Source of the DNA: Ignavibacteriota bacterium | GTDB lineage: Bacteria > Bacteroidota > Ignavibacteria > UBA10030 > UBA6906 | Assembly: GCA_963837815.1 (NCBI GenBank) | Contig: CAWIOS010000015.1 | Location: forward strand, 2,774-66,773 | Reading direction: 5' to 3' | Length of the DNA: 64,000 nt | Part shown: piece by piece, positions 57,654 to 64,000 of the stretch | Numbering within the stretch: the first letter of the stretch is position 1 | Layout: the number at the start of each line of letters is the position of its first letter | Made by a program: the position numbers and the translations under genes | Notes under the pieces: model-generated | The model's database searches: none | Seen by the model: only the letters and a program-made list of their open reading frames with translations | What the model was told of the DNA's origin: nothing

Positions 57654-58475
57654 TCACAGACGCTCGATGACCCCTTTCATGAGCGCAGTCAGCCGCGGCT
57701 CGGTGCTTCCCGCCACGGCGATGATCTCCTCCACCTTCGCCACCTGCAGGGAGTCGGGAAAGCACTCGTCCGTGATTATCGAGAACCCGAGCACTCTCAA
57801 TCCCATGTGGTTGGCCACGATGTTCTCGGGGACCGTCGACATCCCCACGGCATCGGCGCCGATGAACCTGAGAAACCGGTATTCCGCACGGGTTTCCAGG
57901 TTCGGGCCGGGTACGGCGACGAACACCCCGCGCTCGATCCTGATTTTCAGATCCAGGGCGACCTCCCCTGCAAGCGCGACGAGAGATTTTGCATACGGCT
58001 CGGACATGTCGGGAAACCGGGGACCGAGCGTGTCGTCGTTGGGTCCGATGAGCGGGTTGTCGCCAAGCAGGTTGATATGATCCGTGATGACCATGATGCT
58101 GCCGCGCGAGAATTGCGGATTCATCCCCCCCGCCGCGTTCGAGATCAGGAGCGTCCTGACCCCCAGGAACTTCATCACCCGGACGGGAAAGGTCACCTGC
58201 TCCATCGTGTAGCCTTCATAGTAATGAAAGCGACCCTGCATGGCGACCACGTTCTTTCCGCCGAGCACGCCAAATATCAGCTTGCCGTGGTGTGACTCGA
58301 CCGTGGAAAGTGGAAAGTGCGGGATCTCCGCGTAGTCGATGACCGCCGCGGGGACGATCTCGCGGGCAAGTCCGCCCAGTCCCGTGCCGAGTATAATCCC
58401 GGTAGAAGGCTCCATGGGGGTTTTCGTCCGTATGAACCGGACCGCTTCGTCAATGCGCCTGCGGAGCTCTGTCAT
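57654..58475 (-). CDS. Purine nucleoside phosphorylase (PNP/MTAP family I)
   Basis: ...[12 protein letters not shown]..., ...VGMSTVPE..., the phosphate and ribose-binding motifs of trimeric PNPs. Confidence 0.85.
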   Translation of the reverse strand: MTELRRRIDEAVRFIRTKTPMEPSTGIILGTGLGGLAREIVPAAVIDYAEIPHFPLSTVESHHGKLIFGVLGGKNVVAMQGRFHYYEGYTMEQVTFPVRVMKFLGVRTLLISNAAGGMNPQFSRGSIMVITDHINLLGDNPLIGPNDDTLGPRFPDMSEPYAKSLVALAGEVALDLKIRIERGVFVAVPGPNLETRAEYRFLRFIGADAVGMSTVPENIVANHMGLRVLGFSIITDECFPDSLQVAKVEEIIAVAGSTEPRLTALMKGVIERL

Positions 58476-59007
58476 TGTCCATGTTCTTCAGTATGCTCTC
58501 GACTTCGACCGATTCCTTTCCCGTCCCCAGCGATGATCCCACTCCGAGGTCTTCCGATCCCCCCATGTCAAGCGTCTTGAGAAGATCCAGCTCCGAGCTC
58601 AGAAGCACGCGAAGCCTCCCGATGAGGGACTCCTTCCTCGAGTTCAGGCGGTGGAGCTCCGCATTCAGTTTTGCCAGGTCGGCATTGGCCTGTTCCACGA
58701 TTTTTGCGCCGCGTGATTCCGCTTCCCGGATGATCGTTTCCGACTCCCGGCGGGCGGATTCGTACGTCCGCCCGGTGGCCTCCTGTGCCTGAAGCAGAGT
58801 CTGCTGGAGCGTTTTTTCGATCTGGCGGTAGTCCTTGAGCTGCGTTTCGAGCTCGATGATCCTCTCGCGTGACTCCTTTTGCTGTTTCAACGCCTCTTCG
58901 AGATCGGCGGCGACCATTTCAAGGAACGTGTCGACCTCGACGGGGTCGTACCCCCGCATGATCTTCTTGAATTCCTGCTTACGGATATCGAGCGGTGTCA
59001 GTTTCAT
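58450..59007 (-). CDS. divIVA: DivIVA-domain cell-division protein
   Basis: [37 protein letters not shown] DivIVA N-terminal lipid-binding domain plus coiled coil. Confidence 0.85.
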   Translation of the reverse strand: MKLTPLDIRKQEFKKIMRGYDPVEVDTFLEMVAADLEEALKQQKESRERIIELETQLKDYRQIEKTLQQTLLQAQEATGRTYESARRESETIIREAESRGAKIVEQANADLAKLNAELHRLNSRKESLIGRLRVLLSSELDLLKTLDMGGSEDLGVGSSLGTGKESVEVESILKNMDNDRAPQAH

Positions 59008-59717
59008 GGGGTCCTCCGCTGATGTTCAGCCCTTGTTCTCGGACCAAAAATGGCGGTCCCGATCCTTATGTGCGTCGCCCCTTCTTCGATGGCTACCTCA
59101 AAATCCCCCGTCATGCCCATGGAAAGGTGCCGCATCCGGACGTTGGCCTGCGTCGATGAGGCGATCTCCTCTTTCAATTCGCGCAGCCTGCGGAACATGG
59201 GACGGGAGCCTTCCGCTTCGGGGAGAAAGGGCCCGATTGTCATGAGTCCCCCGATCGAAACGTGATCACAGGGGGCGAGACTCCTGACGAGTGCGGCAAC
59301 CTGCCCGGGGGGAACGCCGAATTTCGTCTCCTCCCCCGTCGTGTTGACTTCGATCAGGCACTCGATGACCCTTCCCGCGCCCGAAGCACGGCGGTCGATC
59401 TCTGTTGCGAGGGGGACCGAATCGACCGCGTGGATCATGTGGATCCAGGGCACGATCAGCTTTACCTTGTTGGACTGCAGGTGGCCGATAAAATGCCACC
59501 GGACGGCAAGCGCATCAAGTTCGCCCCGCTTGGCGAGCAGTTCCTGCACATAGTTCTCACCCACGTCCGCGGCCCCCGCGTTGAACGCTTCACGGACCGC
59601 ATCCGCAGGGAAGGTTTTCGCCACGGCAATGAGCGTGACGTCGGACGGGGAACGACCCGCCCGGACGCACGCGTGGGAAACTTTCTCCCGGATCGTGTTG
59701 ATATTATCAGAAATCAT
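59004..59717 (-). CDS. yggS: YggS-family pyridoxal-phosphate homeostasis protein (alanine-racemase-fold PLP-binding)
   Basis: ...LIAVAKTFP... (PLP Lys), ...WHFIGHLQSNKV..., ...HLSMGMTGDFEVAIEEGATHIRIGTAIFG. Confidence 0.9.
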   Translation of the reverse strand: MISDNINTIREKVSHACVRAGRSPSDVTLIAVAKTFPADAVREAFNAGAADVGENYVQELLAKRGELDALAVRWHFIGHLQSNKVKLIVPWIHMIHAVDSVPLATEIDRRASGAGRVIECLIEVNTTGEETKFGVPPGQVAALVRSLAPCDHVSIGGLMTIGPFLPEAEGSRPMFRRLRELKEEIASSTQANVRMRHLSMGMTGDFEVAIEEGATHIRIGTAIFGPRTRAEHQRRTP

Positions 59718-59834
59718 TTAAAATCAAGATTTTAATATAGTCCTTTGCGACCTGAAAATCAACGAACCGGCTGGCGTTCCTTGACTTACCACTGATTTTT
59801 GATTTACTTATTGAAGAAGTTTGCAGGATGACTG
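59718..59834. promoter_or_regulatory. AT-rich divergent promoter region between yggS/divIVA and the TPR gene
   Basis: Local GC drops to roughly 40%. It contains TTGACT (59781-59786) followed by TTTACTTATTGAAG. No convincing -10 hexamer could be fixed by eye. Confidence 0.3.
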
Positions 59835-61259
59835 ATGAGCATACTCGATTTCGGTAATTTTGACGACGACCCCGAGGACGATCAGGGACGGCGGGAGCGT
59901 TTTGAGGACGAACTGAAGAAATACAGGGACTCTCTCAAGGACGGCTCATCCGGGATCACGAACGCCGAGGCCCTGGAGGAGATCGTCAATTATTATTTTG
60001 ACAACGAGAAATACGAAGACGCGCTTCATTTTGTCAACCAGCTTCTTGCCATCGTCCCGTACAGCGCGGATTTCTGGCACAGGAAGGGGCTTATTCTCGC
60101 CAATCTGTACAAGTACGAGGATGCGCTTGAGGCATATGAAACGGCGCTGGGGCTGAACCCCGTCGACCCCGAGGTCCTAGTCAATAAGGGAATCACGCTT
60201 GACGACCTGGGGCGGTTCGAGGAGGCGATTGCGAGCTTCAACAAGGCGCTCGAGATCGACCCGGCGCAGGAGGAAGCCCTCTTCAACAAGGGGATCTCGC
60301 TCGAAAAAACCGGCCAGTACGAAGAAGGTGCCCAGCTTTTCAGGTTCATCCTGGACGGCAATCCGGACCACAAGGACGCCTGGTACGAAATGGGGTACTG
60401 TTTCGACTACCTGGACAGGCCCTCCGAGTCCCTCCGCTGCTACGACGAGCACCTGAACCGCGACCCGTATAACTACAACGCCTGGTATAACAGGGGCATC
60501 GTTCTCAACCGCATGATGCACTACAACCTCGCCATCGAGAGTTACGACACCGCCCTGGCGATCCATGAAAAATTCCCTTCCGCCTGGTACAATAAAGGGA
60601 ACGCCTTTGCGAACCTCGGGAGGCTGCAGGACGCGATCGCCTGTTACCGCCAGACCCTCCAGCAGGACGACAAGGATGTGCCGGCGTGGCACAACCTGGG
60701 AAACGCCTACGAGGAGCTGGGAGAGTACGAGGACGCCATCAAGTGCTTCACGCAGGCGATCAAGAACGAACCTGCCCATTATGAATCGTATTTCGGGCGG
60801 GGCAGCTGCCACGACGCCCTCGAACAGTGGCGGAAGGCGCTGGCCGACTACAACAAGGCGCTGGGGCTCTGCAAGGACTACCCGGAACTCTGGTATGCGA
60901 AGGCAGACCTTCTGTACAACATGGGGAAGCCCCGCGAGTCGCTCCTGAGCTACAGGATGGTGACAAAGCTCGAGCCGAAGAACTATGAGGCGTGGCTCGA
61001 CTACGGGGAGACGCTCTTTGAGCTTGGATATCTGAAGCAGGCGCTGAAATCGTTCGATCGCTCCGTGGAGGCAAACCCGTACGCCGCGGAGGCGTTTTAC
61101 AGCCGGGCGAAAGTGCTTCTCGTGATGAACAGGGTGTACGAAGCGGTGGAATCGCTGAAAAACTCGTTCCGGCTCGACCCCGAAAAGCGGAAGCAGTTCG
61201 AGGAGGAGTTCCCGGGGGTGCGATCGATCAAGGAATTCAAGACACTCCTCCGGAGGTGA
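59835..61259 (+). CDS. Tetratricopeptide-repeat (TPR) protein, about 12 repeats
   Basis: Reiterated W-x2-G/Y-x-A-x3-Y-x2-A-L-x2-P 34-aa units (AWYNRGIVL, AWYNKGNAF, AWHNLGNAY, LWYAKADLL...). Confidence 0.85.
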   Translation: MSILDFGNFDDDPEDDQGRRERFEDELKKYRDSLKDGSSGITNAEALEEIVNYYFDNEKYEDALHFVNQLLAIVPYSADFWHRKGLILANLYKYEDALEAYETALGLNPVDPEVLVNKGITLDDLGRFEEAIASFNKALEIDPAQEEALFNKGISLEKTGQYEEGAQLFRFILDGNPDHKDAWYEMGYCFDYLDRPSESLRCYDEHLNRDPYNYNAWYNRGIVLNRMMHYNLAIESYDTALAIHEKFPSAWYNKGNAFANLGRLQDAIACYRQTLQQDDKDVPAWHNLGNAYEELGEYEDAIKCFTQAIKNEPAHYESYFGRGSCHDALEQWRKALADYNKALGLCKDYPELWYAKADLLYNMGKPRESLLSYRMVTKLEPKNYEAWLDYGETLFELGYLKQALKSFDRSVEANPYAAEAFYSRAKVLLVMNRVYEAVESLKNSFRLDPEKRKQFEEEFPGVRSIKEFKTLLRR

Positions 61260-61346
61260 CCCCGGCGGGCGCCCGCGCATGCCGACCTTGTTCTGAGTCA
61301 GGGACGAGGTCTTTTCTTTTTTACGCCGTCTGCAACAGGAGGGGAG

Positions 61347-62198
61347 ATGCTTTCTGAAGCGCTGCAAACGAAGTATGATCGCCTTGCCACGATCCTGCGG
61401 ACGATGGAGAGCGTCGCCATCGGCTATTCGGGGGGAGTGGACAGCACGCTCCTCCTGAAAGTGGCCGTGGAGACGCTGGGCCAGCGCGCACTCGCCATGA
61501 TCGGCCGTTCGGAAACGTATCCGACGCGCGAATTCGAGGAGGCCGTGGCAATCGCCGCGGCAATAGGGACCCGGTCGGTCGTCGTGAAGACGGAGGAGAC
61601 CGACGACCTGAAATTCCGGGAAAACCCGGCCGACCGCTGCTATTACTGCAAGACGGAGCTCTTCGGAAAACTCCAGGTGATCGCCGCCCGGGAGGGGATC
61701 CGCTGGATCGCCGATGGGACGATTACCGACGACATCGGCGACTTCCGCCCGGGGATGAAGGCGAAGGCTGAAAAGGAAGTCCGCTCCCCGCTTCTCGAAG
61801 CCGAGTTCTCCAAGGCGGACGTGCGGGCACTCTCGAAGCACCTGGGGCTGCCGACCTGGGACAAGCCATCGTTCGCCTGCCTCTCCTCCCGTTTTCCGTA
61901 CGGGACTGCGATCACGCGGGAGAACCTGACCAAGGTCGACCGCGCGGAGACGTTTCTTCGCGATCACGGCTTCAGAGCGTTTCGCGTCCGATTTCATGAC
62001 GCCAGCACGGCACGCATCGAGCTGAGTCCGGAGGAGATCCAGAGGATGTTCGACCCCGCGCTGCGCGCGGGGTTCGTCGGGTTCATGAAGGATCTGGGAT
62101 TCACGTATGTGACGCTTGACCTTCAGGGATACAGGACAGGGTCGATGAACGAGGTGCTGAGCGATGAGACGAGGTCAAAGTATTCCGACGGACGTTGA
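61347..62198 (+). CDS. PP-loop ATP pyrophosphatase of the LarE/TIGR00268 family (ATP-dependent sacrificial sulfur transferase-like)
   Basis: PP-loop SGGVDS (IGYSGGVDSTLLL), ...CYYCKTELF... and ...CLSSRFPYG... cysteine regions as in LarE; AGGAGGGGAG RBS. Confidence 0.7.
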   Translation: MLSEALQTKYDRLATILRTMESVAIGYSGGVDSTLLLKVAVETLGQRALAMIGRSETYPTREFEEAVAIAAAIGTRSVVVKTEETDDLKFRENPADRCYYCKTELFGKLQVIAAREGIRWIADGTITDDIGDFRPGMKAKAEKEVRSPLLEAEFSKADVRALSKHLGLPTWDKPSFACLSSRFPYGTAITRENLTKVDRAETFLRDHGFRAFRVRFHDASTARIELSPEEIQRMFDPALRAGFVGFMKDLGFTYVTLDLQGYRTGSMNEVLSDETRSKYSDGR

Positions 62199-62645
62199 AT
62201 GGCCGCAGACGGAGTAGCGTACCGCAAGTTCGATTCCGAGGTCTCCGTGCGGCCCGATGACATCGACATGAACAATCATGTCCACACGTCGCGGTACCTG
62301 GACTACGTGCTGTATGCGCGGTTCGATCAGATGAGCAGGTGCTACGGCATGTCGATGGAAAAATTCACCGAGCACGGGTGGGGGTGGTACGTCAAATCCT
62401 GCCAGATCGAGTTCAAACGGCCGCTCATGATGGGGGAGACCATCATCGTCCGCACCTGGCTTGACTCGTTCGGGAAGACCGACGCACTCGTGCGCTTCCA
62501 GATATTCAGGAAATCCACGATGAAGATCGCCGCCGAAGGATCCATGGTCAATGCGATGATAAGTAACTCCTCCGGCAGGTCGATTCCGATCCCCCCGTGG
62601 GTGATCGACAAATACACCCAGTTCAGAGAACAGGAGTCCCCATGA
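62199..62645 (+). CDS. Hotdog-fold acyl-CoA thioesterase (4HBT/YbgC-like)
   Basis: ...RPDDIDMNNHVHTSRYLDYV... the 4HBT catalytic Asp/His region; 148 aa; its start abuts the larE-like stop (TGAATG). Confidence 0.8.
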   Translation: MAADGVAYRKFDSEVSVRPDDIDMNNHVHTSRYLDYVLYARFDQMSRCYGMSMEKFTEHGWGWYVKSCQIEFKRPLMMGETIIVRTWLDSFGKTDALVRFQIFRKSTMKIAAEGSMVNAMISNSSGRSIPIPPWVIDKYTQFREQESP

Positions 62646-63493
62646 GCAGGTACGCTCCTCCCCTCGTGTTGATCCCGGTCCTGATTGTCTTCTCAGGATG
62701 CTCGCAGGATCGCGGCGGCATGATTGCATTCCAGTCGAACAGGGACGGAAATTTCGAAATCTACACGATGACCGCCGCCGGAACGGACCAGCGGAGACTG
62801 ACGGAGAACCCGGCGAACGACATCGCCCCGGCCTGGTCTCCTGACGGCTCACGCATCGCGTTCGCCTCCGACAGGGACGGCACATGGGATATCTACACGA
62901 TGCGGCCGGACGGGAGCGAGTGCGCACAGCTGACGAAAGAGGCGGGAACAAACACCGCCCCCTCCTGGACCCCGGGCGGGGACCGGATACTCTTTATCTC
63001 AACGCGCGACGCCATCAACGGCGACGTGTACAGCATGAAAGCGGACGGGAGCGGGACGGAACGGCTGACCGCCGATTCTCTTGTCAAGGACTCTCCCCTC
63101 CCCGTCCCGGACGGCAGCGCAGTGATCGTCACGGTGAACGACAGGGGCCGGCTCTCCATTGCGTCCATCGCGCTCCCGGCAAAGACGGTGACACCCCTGA
63201 CCACACCTGACCACAATAACTTCGCGCCTGCCATTTCCGGCGACGGCACGGAGATCATGTTCGTGTCCGACAGGGACGGGATGCTTCAGATCTATTCGAT
63301 GACGCTCTCGGGGGGGAACCAGACGAGGCTCACCAGGGACGGCATTGATGAGAGGAACCCCTGCTACACGTCGGTCCCCGGCGAAATACTCGTGTCAAAA
63401 AAGGGGGAAATCTGCCGCCTCACGCTTGCAACGCAGAAAGAAACCCTCCTCTCGTTCAGGGGGGACTATGCACCCGCCTGGCACAGCCGCTGA
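62642..63493 (+). CDS. Lipoprotein with PD40/TolB-like beta-propeller repeats
   Basis: Trimmed to MSRYAPPLVLIPVLIVFSGCSQD (lipobox FSGC). Repeats ...SPDGSRIAFASDRDGTWDIYTM..., ...TPGGDRILFISTRD..., ...SGDGTEIMFVSDRDGMLQIYSM.... Confidence 0.8.
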   Translation: MSRYAPPLVLIPVLIVFSGCSQDRGGMIAFQSNRDGNFEIYTMTAAGTDQRRLTENPANDIAPAWSPDGSRIAFASDRDGTWDIYTMRPDGSECAQLTKEAGTNTAPSWTPGGDRILFISTRDAINGDVYSMKADGSGTERLTADSLVKDSPLPVPDGSAVIVTVNDRGRLSIASIALPAKTVTPLTTPDHNNFAPAISGDGTEIMFVSDRDGMLQIYSMTLSGGNQTRLTRDGIDERNPCYTSVPGEILVSKKGEICRLTLATQKETLLSFRGDYAPAWHSR

Positions 63494-63518
63494 CTCAGGA
63501 CCGACACCGAGGAACGTC

Positions 63519-64000
63519 AATGAATTTTTCCCAGAGGTTGCGCAGGATACAGAAGAAGAACGACAGCCTTCTGTGCATCGGTCTCGATACAGACGTCAAC
63601 ATGATCCCGGAATTCCTCTTCGAGTGGGGGGATCCCGTGTATGAATTCAACAGGCGGATCATTGATGCCACCAAAGACCTCGTCTGCGCGTACAAGATCA
63701 ACCTCGCATTTTACGATGTGACGGGGGAACACGGGTGGTATACCGTGCACCAGACGCTTGCGAGGATCCCGGAGGAGATTATCACGATCGGCGACGGGAA
63801 GCGGGGTGACATCGGGAATTCTTCCGAGCGCTATGCAACGCTCTTCGTCGACGATTATGAGTTCGCGGCATCCACGGTGAACCCTTACATGGGCAAGGAT
63901 TCCGTGGCGCCGTTCCTTAAGAACAGTCACCAGGGAGCGTTCGTCCTTGCGCTCACGTCAAACCCCGGGGCGCGTGATTTTCAGTATCTTCCGGTCCGGG
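63519..64000 (+). CDS. pyrF: Orotidine 5'-phosphate decarboxylase (type 2), partial; 3' end beyond the window
   Basis: Manual translation MNFSQRLRRIQKKNDSLLCIGLDTDVNMIPEF...AYKINLAFYDVTGEHGW...GDGKRGDIGNSSERYA matches PyrF type 2. Absent from the ORF track because it has no in-window stop. Confidence 0.8.

Noticed and set aside
61262-61315. Intrinsic terminator after the TPR gene (GCGGGCGCCCGC palindrome and a TCTTTTCTTTTTT tract)
   Set aside because: The 12-mer palindrome has no loop. The T-tract is preceded only by a 3-bp GAC/GTC stem. The larE-like RBS follows immediately. So it is not a convincing terminator.

Overview
This is a 64 kb, high-GC (~65%) chromosomal segment from a diderm (Gram-negative) bacterium. 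It is almost entirely protein-coding, with about 62 CDS. Genes are strongly biased to the minus strand from position 1 to about 38.7 kb and mixed thereafter. I found no rRNA, tRNA, CRISPR array, transposase or integrase.

Housekeeping genes dominate:
- a ribosomal/SRP block: rpsP, a KH-domain protein gene, rimM, trmD, rplS and ffh
- an F-type ATP synthase operon (atpZ-like, atpI, atpB, atpE, atpF, atpH, atpA, atpG) that lacks atpD and atpC
- recN, cysS, ileS, eno, murA, adk, tmk, rlmN, rlmD, rluD, lspA, divIVA-yggS and pyrF (truncated at the 3' edge)
- a penicillin-acylase gene truncated at the 5' edge; it is absent from the ORF track because it has no in-window stop

The more unusual content is:
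- a two-gene operon for a Tyr/Trp/Gly-rich, RGG-repeat lipoprotein plus a FadL/PorV-like outer-membrane barrel, with its own intrinsic terminator
- an M23-peptidase/bactofilin/GT4 module fused onto the front of the atp operon
- a TPR-CHAT secreted protein whose catalytic Cys appears replaced
- an ECF sigma factor with no anti-sigma gene, preceded by a 38-bp perfect palindrome
- a DksA/TraR zinc-finger protein with a histone-H1-like Lys/Ala tail
- a polytopic membrane protein with a gluzincin HExxH...E domain and TPR repeats, embedded between murA and a GT9 heptosyltransferase gene
- a GalT-like HIT nucleotidyltransferase next to a phosphohexomutase

Taxonomy cannot be fixed from sequence alone. 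The gene content (split atp operon, DUF5916-like barrel, FadL/PorV-like barrels, PD40 propeller, bactofilin) would fit a high-GC lineage of the FCB group (Fibrobacteres-Chlorobi-Bacteroidetes) or a related candidate phylum. All calls are by eye from the six-frame translations; I ran no searches.
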